Of a stretch of DNA of 64,000 bases, positions 35,524 to 44,303 are shown piece by piece. Location of the stretch: positions 1,293-65,292 of the forward strand of contig CAZYYM010000006.1 in assembly GCA_964651385.1 (NCBI GenBank). Reading direction: 5' to 3'. Within the stretch, counting starts at the first letter, position 1. The number at the start of each line of letters is the position of its first letter. The DNA comes from an uncultured Gammaproteobacteria bacterium. GTDB lineage: Bacteria; Pseudomonadota; Gammaproteobacteria; GCA-001735895. The translations under genes and the position numbers were made by a program. The notes beneath the pieces are model-generated. The model saw nothing but the letters and a program-made list of their open reading frames with translations. It had not been told where the DNA came from and made no database searches.

Positions 35524-36690
35524 CTAAATTTCTTCTGACGGCAAAGTTAGCTCTTCCAGGCTACCCTGTTTATTCAGATTGTGCCTCGGATCATTCGATT
35601 TTGCCATTTGTTCACCGCCAAAATTGATTTTCCATTCAAGATTGGTGCTCGAATCTGCGTAAGCCAGTGCAGACTTAATGGTAATAACATCAGATTTGTA
35701 AAGCTCATACAAAGATTGATCAAAAGTCTGCATACCTGTGGAATCACCTTTTTCCATAATTTCCTTAATATCATTAAATTTACCTTCACGTAACAATTCG
35801 GAAATATAAGGCGTGTTCATCATAACTTCTACCGCGCAGGCAAGCTTGCCACGCATGCCCGGAACCAGACGTTGTGAAATTACTGCCTTCAGGTTAAGTG
35901 ATAAATCCATTAACAACTGATCGCGCATTCCCGATGGGAACATATTCATTATACGATCCATAGCCTGATTTGAGTTAACCGCGTGAAGGGTTGTCAGACA
36001 AAGATGGCCCGTGTCGGCAAAGTCAATGGCAGCCTTCATAGTTTCGCCGTCACGGGCCTCGCCGATCATAATCACTTCGGGCGCTTCACGTAACGCTTCG
36101 CGTAACGCATTCTGGTAACTTAGTGTATCAATTCCGACCTCGCGCTGGGAAATGATCGATTTATTATGTCGAAATACAAATTCGATAGGGTCTTCAATGG
36201 TTAGTATGTGGCCACTTTCCTGCTTATTGCGATGATCAATCATCGACGCCAGTGTGGTCGATTTTCCAGAACCGGTAGATCCCACGACCAGTACCAGCCC
36301 ATTATTATTCATAACGATACTTTTTAGTACCTGCGGTAGTCCGAGTTCATCGATACTCGGAATTTTCCACTTAATGTATCGAATAACCAGCGATACTTCC
36401 GAACGCTGGATAAATATATTGACGCGGAATCGGCCAACATCTGCCAGTGTAAAACCCAGATTCAACTCACGGTTAATTTCGAAGTCACGCACCTGTTCCT
36501 CGTTAAGCAGGCTATAGGCAAGTTTTTCAACCTGGCCGAGCTGAAACGAATTTTTGGCGATAGGCGAAGTTCTGCCCTGCACTTTCATATTGGGCTGCGC
36601 GCCTGAAATGAAATACAGATCCGAAGCCTGTTTCTCGACCATGATCTTCAGATAAGGCTCTAACAACCTGGTTGTCGGTTCACGAGCCAT
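35524..36690 (-). CDS. Third PilT/PilU-family hexameric ATPase (divergent PilU-like paralog)
   Basis: Walker A GSTGSGKSTT, ILTIEDPIEF and His-box TGHLCLTTLHA. The PilT AIRNLIRE motif is replaced by YISELLREG. The start lies 1 nt after the pilU stop. Confidence 0.75.
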   Translation of the reverse strand: MAREPTTRLLEPYLKIMVEKQASDLYFISGAQPNMKVQGRTSPIAKNSFQLGQVEKLAYSLLNEEQVRDFEINRELNLGFTLADVGRFRVNIFIQRSEVSLVIRYIKWKIPSIDELGLPQVLKSIVMNNNGLVLVVGSTGSGKSTTLASMIDHRNKQESGHILTIEDPIEFVFRHNKSIISQREVGIDTLSYQNALREALREAPEVIMIGEARDGETMKAAIDFADTGHLCLTTLHAVNSNQAMDRIMNMFPSGMRDQLLMDLSLNLKAVISQRLVPGMRGKLACAVEVMMNTPYISELLREGKFNDIKEIMEKGDSTGMQTFDQSLYELYKSDVITIKSALAYADSSTNLEWKINFGGEQMAKSNDPRHNLNKQGSLEELTLPSEEI

Positions 36691-36691
36691 C

Positions 36692-37861
36692 TTAAATCAA
36701 GCCGCCAACCTGATCATCATCGGACTCTTCCAGTTCGAAATCGCGGTGATCTTCAACCAGACCGGTTTTACGTGCAGTATCGCTCTCAAGCTTGATACGT
36801 AACCGAATATCGTTGACGGAGTCAGCATTGCGCAACGCGTCTTCGAAAGTAATTTTGCGCTCTTCATACAGGTCAAACAATGCCTGATCAAAAGTTTTCA
36901 TGCCGGCCTCATTGGATTTTGCGATCAACGATTTCATCTCGTGAACATCGCCCTTGAAAATCAAATCGGCCATCAGGGGTGTATTTATCATGACTTCGAT
37001 CGCCGGTATTCGCCCAGCACCATCAATATTCGGTATCAGGCGCTGCGACACAAGACCCTTCAGATTGAGCGATAAATCCATCAATAGCTGTGAACGGCGC
37101 TCATCGGGAAAAAAGTTGATGATCCTGTCTAACGCCTGGTTGGTGCTATTGGCATGCAGAGTCGATAAACAAAGGTGTCCCGTTTCTGCGAACGCTATGG
37201 CATGTTCCATGGTTTCACGGTCACGAATTTCACCAATGAGTATCACATCGGGTGCCTGGCGTAAGGTATTTTTCAATGCAATTTCGTAAGACTCGGTATC
37301 CACACCCACTTCGCGTTGCGTCACCAGACAGTTGCCGTGATCGTGCACAAATTCGACCGGATCCTCGATGGTGATAATATGTCCATGACTGTTTTTATTC
37401 CGGTAATCCACCATGGATGCCAACGATGTCGACTTGCCCGAACCGGTACCACCGACAAAAATAACCAGACCACGTTTGGTCATCGCGATATCCCGCAGGA
37501 TTGGCGGCAGATTCAATTCTTCGAAGCTAGGTATTTCAGAATTAATTATCCGGAGCACCAGTCCGCTGCTACCTCGCTGAATAAATGCATTCACGCGAAA
37601 ACGAGCGACGCCGGGCAAGGCTATCGAAAAATTACATTCCTGATTTTCTTCGAATTCGGAAACCTGTTTGTCGTTCATAATCGACCGCGCCAGCATCTGG
37701 GTATGATTTGGTGACAGGTTTTGCCTGGAAACAGTTGTCACTTTACCATCGATTTTCATCGCAGGCGGCGACCCCGTCGTAATAAACAAATCGGAGCCAT
37801 CCTTGCTCACCATCATACGCAGCAAGTCATGCATAAAACTTATCGCTTTGTTGCGATCCAT
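36692..37861 (-). CDS. pilU: PilU type IV pilus retraction-associated ATPase
   Basis: High similarity along its length to P. aeruginosa PilU as I recall it (GSDLFITTGSPPAMKIDG, GGTGSGKSTS, TGHLCLSTLHAN, NTPLMADLI). Confidence 0.85.
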   Translation of the reverse strand: MDRNKAISFMHDLLRMMVSKDGSDLFITTGSPPAMKIDGKVTTVSRQNLSPNHTQMLARSIMNDKQVSEFEENQECNFSIALPGVARFRVNAFIQRGSSGLVLRIINSEIPSFEELNLPPILRDIAMTKRGLVIFVGGTGSGKSTSLASMVDYRNKNSHGHIITIEDPVEFVHDHGNCLVTQREVGVDTESYEIALKNTLRQAPDVILIGEIRDRETMEHAIAFAETGHLCLSTLHANSTNQALDRIINFFPDERRSQLLMDLSLNLKGLVSQRLIPNIDGAGRIPAIEVMINTPLMADLIFKGDVHEMKSLIAKSNEAGMKTFDQALFDLYEERKITFEDALRNADSVNDIRLRIKLESDTARKTGLVEDHRDFELEESDDDQVGGLI

Positions 37862-37891
37862 TATTTATCCCCCTTCACTATACAACTGCCA

Positions 37892-38926
37892 TTATAACTG
37901 GTCAGGATGCGCAGCTTTACGCATCGCCTCATCTTTAGAGACCGCACCAGAGGCCAATAATCCTTTGAGGTTCTGGTCTAGCGTCTGCATACCGGCATTT
38001 TGTCCGGTTTGGATCGCCGAGTACATTTGTGCCACTTTATCTTCGCGAATCAGATTCCGAATAGCCGGTGTGCCAATCATGATTTCATGCGCCGCCACAC
38101 GACCACCTCCGATTTTTTTCATCAAGGTCTGCGAGATAACCGCCTTGAGTGACTCGGATAACATTGAACGTACCATGGCTTTTTCCGCTGCTGGAAACAC
38201 ATCGACAATACGATCAATAGTTTTTGCAGCCGAACTGGTGTGGAGGGTTCCAAAAACAAGGTGACCTGTCTCAGCCGCCGAGAGCGCCAGCCTGATAGTT
38301 TCCAAATCGCGCATTTCGCCTACCAGAATGGTATCGGGGTCTTCTCGCAGCGCTGATCGCAGGGCCTCGTTAAAACCCAGCGTATCACGATGGACTTCGC
38401 GCTGATTGACCAGGCATTTTTTACTCTCGTGAACAAATTCGATTGGATCTTCGACGGTTAAAATATGACCATATTCGGAATCGTTCTTGTAATCGACCAT
38501 GCCAGCCAGCGTAGTCGATTTACCCGAACCTGTCGGTCCGGTCACCAGCACAATACCACGCGGGTACTCGGATATTTCCTGAAAGATCTTCGGTGCACCC
38601 AAGTCTTCCAGACTAAGAATTTTTGACGGAATCGTTCTAAATACACCACCAGCGCCCCGATTGTGATTAAACGCGTTAACACGAAAACGCGCCAATCCTG
38701 GAATTTCAAATGAAAAATCAGTTTCCAGAAATTCTTCGTAATCCTTGCGCTGTTTATCACTCATAATGTCATAAATCATATCGTGTACTTGTTTATGATC
38801 CATTTCCGGTACATTGATCCGACGGATATCACCGTCCACTCGAATCATTGGTGGTAAGCCTGCAGAAAGATGCAAATCAGAAGCGCCCTGTTTCACACCG
38901 AAGGCTAACAATTGAGCTATATCCAT
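37892..38926 (-). CDS. pilT: PilT twitching-motility retraction ATPase
   Basis: ASDLHLSAGLPPMIRVDGD, GPTGSGKSTT and the PilT-specific GTPAIRNLIREDK; 344 aa. Confidence 0.95.
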   Translation of the reverse strand: MDIAQLLAFGVKQGASDLHLSAGLPPMIRVDGDIRRINVPEMDHKQVHDMIYDIMSDKQRKDYEEFLETDFSFEIPGLARFRVNAFNHNRGAGGVFRTIPSKILSLEDLGAPKIFQEISEYPRGIVLVTGPTGSGKSTTLAGMVDYKNDSEYGHILTVEDPIEFVHESKKCLVNQREVHRDTLGFNEALRSALREDPDTILVGEMRDLETIRLALSAAETGHLVFGTLHTSSAAKTIDRIVDVFPAAEKAMVRSMLSESLKAVISQTLMKKIGGGRVAAHEIMIGTPAIRNLIREDKVAQMYSAIQTGQNAGMQTLDQNLKGLLASGAVSKDEAMRKAAHPDQL

Positions 38927-39107
38927 AATTTATCCTGTTATTGATTTGTGTTTTTCAAGCACCATGTATAAACAAATCGTCGGGTCGGTTATTATGTATA
39001 ACCATCCGCAATCACTTTATAAACCGGGTTCCTTATTATCTTTAAGTACTTGCGCCATATGAAAAAATAACTATGCAGAATCCAGCAGGTAGACTATAGC
39101 AAAACCT

Positions 39108-39791
39108 ATGCAGAACACCGAAAAAAATCTGGATAGGGTGCAACGGCAAATCGAACAGGCAGCTATAGACTGTGGCCGCGAACCCTCAGAAGTTTCGTTA
39201 CTGGCCGTGAGCAAGCGAAAGCCGGTAAAGGACATTCGAGCCGCCTATGCCTGTGGTCAGCGTGATTTCGGTGAAAATTATTTACAGGAAGCACAGGAAA
39301 AAATAGCCGAACTGGCTGATCTGGATATTCACTGGCATTTTATTGGGGCAATACAATCTAACAAAACTCGACCTCTGGCTTCCAATTTTGACTGGGTACA
39401 CTGCATTGATCGTTACAAAATCGCCCATCGATTAAGCGAACAGAGGCCCGCGACCTTACCCGCACTGAATTTATGCATACAGGTGAACATTGATGCCGAA
39501 ACAGGCAAATCCGGAATACCCCTGGAAAAAGTTACCGAACTTGCACAGAAAATAGCGCCACTACCCAACCTGCGCCTGCGGGGTTTAATGGCAATTCCTG
39601 CACCTCGCGACGATATCGATTCGCAACGCGTACCCTTTGCATTGATGGCAGATATGCTTCGACAATTGAATCAACTGGGCCTTGATTGCGATACCTTATC
39701 CATGGGTATGAGCCACGACATGTCTGCGGCCATTGCAGAAGGCGCCACGCTAGTTAGAATAGGCACTGCAATTTTTGGAGAGCGAGTTTGA
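39108..39791 (+). CDS. yggS: YggS family pyridoxal-phosphate homeostasis protein
   Basis: LLAVSKRKP (PLP lysine), GENYLQEA and HFIGAIQSNK. Confidence 0.9.
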   Translation: MQNTEKNLDRVQRQIEQAAIDCGREPSEVSLLAVSKRKPVKDIRAAYACGQRDFGENYLQEAQEKIAELADLDIHWHFIGAIQSNKTRPLASNFDWVHCIDRYKIAHRLSEQRPATLPALNLCIQVNIDAETGKSGIPLEKVTELAQKIAPLPNLRLRGLMAIPAPRDDIDSQRVPFALMADMLRQLNQLGLDCDTLSMGMSHDMSAAIAEGATLVRIGTAIFGERV

Positions 39792-40621
39792 ATCAGACAC
39801 TCTGTTTTATCGGTGGCGGCAACATGGCAGCCAGCTTAATCGGCGGTTTAATTGCTAATGGTGTTGAAGGCGATTCTATTACCGCTTGTGATATCAATAC
39901 CGAACAATTAAAAATACTGTCCGAAAAGTTTTCCATTCAAACAACGACTGATAACGTCGCGGCAGTTGAACTTGCGGATGTAGTATTGCTGGCCGTTAAG
40001 CCACAGGTTATGCAAATGGTCTGTGAGCAATTAGCTCGTATAAATTCTGGTAATGAACGTCTGTTTATCAGTATCGCCGCCGGGGTAAGAGAGACCGATA
40101 TCAATCGCTGGCTAGGTGGTTCCCGATGCGTAGTCCGCTGTATGCCAAATACACCCTCATTAATGCAGCTCGGTGCGACCGGTTTATATGCCAATCCACA
40201 AGTTAGTAGTGAACAGAAACAAACGGCACAATCGATACTCGACGCAGTCGGTATCAGCGTCTGGGTAAAAGAGGAAATCCTGCTTGACGCGGTTACCGCG
40301 GTGTCCGGCAGCGGTCCGGCTTACTTCTTTTATTTCATTGAATTACTACAGGCTGCCGGCAAGAAATTAGGACTCGACGCCGAAACCTCGCTTAAGCTGG
40401 CCAGGCAAACAGCACTTGGCGCCTCACATATGGCGCAACAGGACGACATCGTCGACTTACGTAACCGCGTAACTTCGAAAAATGGTACTACCGAGCAGGC
40501 TATTTTGTCTTTCCAGAACAATAACCTGGGGGCGCTGGTCGATGCCGCGACAAAGGCAGCTTATGACCGATCATCTGCACTTGCAGAAGAATTGGGCAAC
40601 CAACCCGCAAAAAACAAATAA
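39788..40621 (+). CDS. proC: Pyrroline-5-carboxylate reductase
   Basis: FIGGGNMA NADP motif and C-terminal VTSKNGTTEQAI. The start overlaps the yggS stop. Confidence 0.9.
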   Translation: MNQTLCFIGGGNMAASLIGGLIANGVEGDSITACDINTEQLKILSEKFSIQTTTDNVAAVELADVVLLAVKPQVMQMVCEQLARINSGNERLFISIAAGVRETDINRWLGGSRCVVRCMPNTPSLMQLGATGLYANPQVSSEQKQTAQSILDAVGISVWVKEEILLDAVTAVSGSGPAYFFYFIELLQAAGKKLGLDAETSLKLARQTALGASHMAQQDDIVDLRNRVTSKNGTTEQAILSFQNNNLGALVDAATKAAYDRSSALAEELGNQPAKNK

Positions 40622-40639
40622 ACTTCACCTGGATAAATC

Positions 40640-41245
40640 ATGGGTTCAAACTATTTAATATCACCACTGACACTGATCATTAATACATTATTCGATTTGT
40701 ATATCCTGCTGGTTTTGCTGCGGTTCCTGTTACAAGTGTTCCGTGCTGATTTTTACAATCCGGTATCGCAATTTATCGTCAAGGCTACCACACCGCCACT
40801 ACGTTATTTTCGTCGTATTATTCCCAGTGTATCGGGTCAGGATGCCGCCTCTCTCGTATTGTGCCTGACACTAATCTATTTAAAATTTTTGTTACTACGA
40901 CTACTCGACATCCCCGCAGTGCCGATTGCCAACATTACGGCGCCTATAGTTGCCGTAAGTTATCCAGGCCTGATTATTTATGCCTTTGCCGATTTGATAT
41001 CTCTAACACTTACGGTATTTTTAGTCGCAATTATTATCCAGGTAATTCTTAGCTGGGTGAATCCAGCTCAACATAACCCTGTGGCCGGCCTGGTCAATTC
41101 ACTCGCATCACCCGCTTTGCGACCATTTCGTAAAATCATACCCTCGCTCGGTGGTCTTGATCTGTCCCCGCTGTTTGCCACTCTGGGTATTCTGGTTCTA
41201 AAGATGTTGATCATTCCGCCGATTATTTATCTCGGCAGTTTCTAG
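40640..41245 (+). CDS. yggT: YggT family membrane protein
   Basis: Duplicated YGGT-type TM repeats (LRPFRKIIPSLGGLDLSPL) in the conserved yggS-proC-yggT order. Confidence 0.8.
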   Translation: MGSNYLISPLTLIINTLFDLYILLVLLRFLLQVFRADFYNPVSQFIVKATTPPLRYFRRIIPSVSGQDAASLVLCLTLIYLKFLLLRLLDIPAVPIANITAPIVAVSYPGLIIYAFADLISLTLTVFLVAIIIQVILSWVNPAQHNPVAGLVNSLASPALRPFRKIIPSLGGLDLSPLFATLGILVLKMLIIPPIIYLGSF

Positions 41246-41423
41246 ATACCTTTCAAACCATGTATTTTTCGAGGTGCACCTCTGAAAAAATATCCTTTAA
41301 ATTCCGGACAAACTATCGCGAGAATTTTTTATTCCTGACATGTAACAACCGTTCAGGCTCATGATTAACTTTTCGTTAAGAAATCGTTGCTATAAGATCA
41401 GTTAAATTCAAACTTCTTTTGAT

Positions 41424-42122
41424 ATGTACCGATCATTAAGCTTCCCATTGTTACTTCTATTTATTACATGTTTCGCTTTTGAGTTTACCACGTTAGACAT
41501 GGCAATCCAGGACCGACTCTACGACTTCAGCAGTCAACAATGGTTGCTATCCCGCCACGACAGGGTATTAAAGTTTATTTTTTATGACATGATAAAAGTA
41601 CTTTACGGCCTGTTCATCGTTTCCGTTGCCATAACGATGTTATTTTTTCGTAACAGCGAGCGGATCAAAGCCTATAAAAAAGGCTTAATAATCGTTTTAT
41701 TATCAACTCTGCTTGTTCCGCTTACGATCGGCGTACTGAAAGAAGTTACAAATACCCCATGCCCGCGAAATATTATGCACTTTGGTGGTAGCCATCCCTA
41801 CGTGACAGCGTTCGAACCCTATCCCGACAACTTTATATCGAAAGGACGCATATTATGTTTTCCAGCAGGGCATGCAAGTGGTGGTTTCGCGTTGATGTCA
41901 TTGTTTTTTCTGTTCAAACGGCACAGGTATCAGGTAATCTCGTTAGGATCTACGGCCACCTTTGGTTGGATAATAGGATCATACAAGATGTTCATTGGCG
42001 ATCACTTTTTTAGCCACACACTGATCTCAATGGAAATAGCCTGGTTCATTATTATATCGATCTCTTACATGGTCGAATCAGTTTATAACAGTGGAAACCG
42101 GGAGATCTCCGTCGACCCCTAG
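41424..42122 (+). CDS. PAP2-superfamily membrane phosphatase
   Basis: Multi-TM protein with PAP2-like motifs KEVTNTPCPR, FPAGHASGG and GDHFFSHT. Flanked by AT-rich spacers of 178 and 163 nt. Confidence 0.65.
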   Translation: MYRSLSFPLLLLFITCFAFEFTTLDMAIQDRLYDFSSQQWLLSRHDRVLKFIFYDMIKVLYGLFIVSVAITMLFFRNSERIKAYKKGLIIVLLSTLLVPLTIGVLKEVTNTPCPRNIMHFGGSHPYVTAFEPYPDNFISKGRILCFPAGHASGGFALMSLFFLFKRHRYQVISLGSTATFGWIIGSYKMFIGDHFFSHTLISMEIAWFIIISISYMVESVYNSGNREISVDP

Positions 42123-42285
42123 GTTATACCACTGGTACCAAAAAAAGTGACGTAATCAGGCAAGAAATACGCCATTAGAGGCAAGCCAATGCATATTCAA
42201 CTTACCGCGCGGAGTTGGAAAGCAATTCCGTGAAAAAAACGCCACGTTAAAGCAGCGTTTAAAATCAACAATATTTTTGCTCCAA

Positions 42286-44004
42286 TTACTGTGGAATAGT
42301 TGAAGTAAAGGGTTCCGGTCTGGCTTCGGAGTCAGGTTGAAGATGTGGAATCGGTTCCGGTGACGCCATTCGCGATTTAGCTGCCTCGGAAAAATCATCC
42401 GCCGAAGTCGATGCCTCTCCAATCGGCATTTTCTCCCGCTCGGGCATATCCACCTGCATTTTTACCGTTTCCGGTAAGCTATCTGTGGCAGCTACAGAAT
42501 TTGATTGACGCCCTGTATCAGTAGCCGTTTGCTTCGGAGCTGTCGCAGAACTTTCCAGTTTTCCAAATGCCGCATTAATTGCCTCATTTTCGAAATCATC
42601 TCTGCTTGGTGGATCGGGATCGAGCTCAGGAACCAAATCCGCATTGGGCACTGGAAACGGGGCATCAACTGCTTCCGGTTTGGGATTCAATGTCGCCAGT
42701 GTATTTGCTGTTAGTTCCTGGACAGATTTAGAAGACGCAGCACTGTCAATTGCGGGCTTTGGTTGCGAAGGTCTTTTGGTCATTTCGATCCCGGGATTTG
42801 CAGCCGTACCTAAAGCAGGTTCCGGATTCGGTGCTTTCGCAGCTGACTGCACCCCGGTCGGTTTACTCGGTGCCACCGGTATATTGGCTTTAGACCCGGA
42901 AACCAATGTCGGTCTGGCAATTTTGCGCCGGGGAACGGGCGCATCCGTTTTCCTGGATTTAGCCACCGCCAATCTGGCAGCTACGACTGCCGATGGTCTG
43001 GTCGCTGCTGGTTTATTTGCGCCTGGTCGAGAAACGACTGCCTTTATCGCGACTGGTTTATTATTACGTTCCGACCCTGTCCCATTAGATCGAGATATTT
43101 TATCTTTGATAACTGCTGGACCACTAGCGGGATTCCGGGCCTTACCGATAAAAAATTCCATCTGTGGCCGGGGCATGCGTTTCAGATAACCATCCAAACT
43201 CGGTTTCAATCCATGGCCATCGGTCGTGACTCTGAGTCGGCGACTCAACACATATAGCATCTGTAACACGATGAGACGAACTGGCGCTGGGTCTATGCCG
43301 ATGCCCAAGAGGCTATTTTCACTCACTGTAAACGGGGCCGAATTTCTCCAGGCAAAACAACCCTGAGTCGCGACCACAGCAGGCAACTCCTTCATTGTAA
43401 CCGGCTTATGATTTTCCTCGCGCTCATCCATCCAGGCCTGCATCGTATCCCCGAGTTGCTTTGGACTGGTCTTGTAGCCATTGAACGCATAGATAAATGA
43501 AATTGGTCGACCCACCAAATGAAAACGTGCAGTGCGAATTGGTTCGGGGTGGACGTATTGCCTATTCTCGTTCATGGTGAGCTGATTCCTGGCAGCAAGA
43601 CCAGTCATCACTTTCGGATTGATATCAGGATTTAACACAGCCAGCGAAGCACACCGATTGAGCGCATCGAAGAATGTTTTCTTTACTAATTTCGCTGCGA
43701 CTTCGACAGTCGCTATCACGCTTTCGTAAAGATAAATATCGCGGCTGCCAGGTAAATCCAAACGCGGAAAATCGCGGCGATAGATTATAATATCCATTTT
43801 TCCTGAAAGTTTACCGCTCGAATCCATTATCTGTCCGCCACCGACACCATATATTTCGGGGAGGAAACGATCAAGTACCGAACGAATAAACGCAGATCTG
43901 GCGGCATCGCCCTCAAGTTCATGCCTGGTCAAACTAGTTAGCGGGTCGGCCTCGGATTTCAGGTACTTAGAAATTATTTGCGACCAGTCATCGAAGTTAT
44001 TCAT
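42286..44004 (-). CDS. Hypothetical protein: N-terminal PD-(D/E)xK-like (DUF6602-like) domain fused to a long Pro/Ala/Lys-rich low-complexity tail
   Basis: The N-terminal roughly 295 aa is globular: FLPEIYGVGGGQIMDSSGKLSGKMDIIIYR...LYESVIATVEVAAKL. The C-terminal roughly 280 aa (42289..43137) is low complexity. The maximal ORF starts at 44025. The product name is tentative. Confidence 0.5.
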   Translation of the reverse strand: MNNFDDWSQIISKYLKSEADPLTSLTRHELEGDAARSAFIRSVLDRFLPEIYGVGGGQIMDSSGKLSGKMDIIIYRRDFPRLDLPGSRDIYLYESVIATVEVAAKLVKKTFFDALNRCASLAVLNPDINPKVMTGLAARNQLTMNENRQYVHPEPIRTARFHLVGRPISFIYAFNGYKTSPKQLGDTMQAWMDEREENHKPVTMKELPAVVATQGCFAWRNSAPFTVSENSLLGIGIDPAPVRLIVLQMLYVLSRRLRVTTDGHGLKPSLDGYLKRMPRPQMEFFIGKARNPASGPAVIKDKISRSNGTGSERNNKPVAIKAVVSRPGANKPAATRPSAVVAARLAVAKSRKTDAPVPRRKIARPTLVSGSKANIPVAPSKPTGVQSAAKAPNPEPALGTAANPGIEMTKRPSQPKPAIDSAASSKSVQELTANTLATLNPKPEAVDAPFPVPNADLVPELDPDPPSRDDFENEAINAAFGKLESSATAPKQTATDTGRQSNSVAATDSLPETVKMQVDMPEREKMPIGEASTSADDFSEAAKSRMASPEPIPHLQPDSEARPEPFTSTIPQ

Positions 44005-44303
44005 AGCAATAGCCACTCCTACCACAATTATGGTGGACGTTGATTAAAGGGCATCCTATCCGTTGATAATTTAATATCTGATTCCGACAAACCTTTTTAA
44101 CTTTTCTAACAATTTAAAACCGGGATTGTGCCCTGTTGATTAAAAGCGCTCAAATGAGCGTACACCATCCAATAAAGTTGTGTAATAAATGAGAACTATC
44201 TAACATTAACGAAAGTGGTCCGCAAACAGTACTTTCATTCATCATTCATTTTTTCGGTTGTTAGAGTAATATAATAGCACCGATTAAAAGGTTTGGAGCT
44301 AAT

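Noticed and set aside
42644-43189. 181-aa plus-strand ORF rich in Gly/Ala opposite the 579-aa hypothetical gene
   Set aside because: It mirrors the Pro/Ala-rich low-complexity tail on the other strand. It has no start context or motifs, and the minus-strand ORF is far longer and continuous with a globular domain.
44147-44160. 14-bp palindrome CGCTCAAATGAGCG, plus two GTTGATTAAA copies (near 44038 and 44134) in the spacer between the nuclease-like gene and acs
   Set aside because: They may be regulator sites, but there is no adjacent regulator gene and no way to test significance by eye. I recorded them only.
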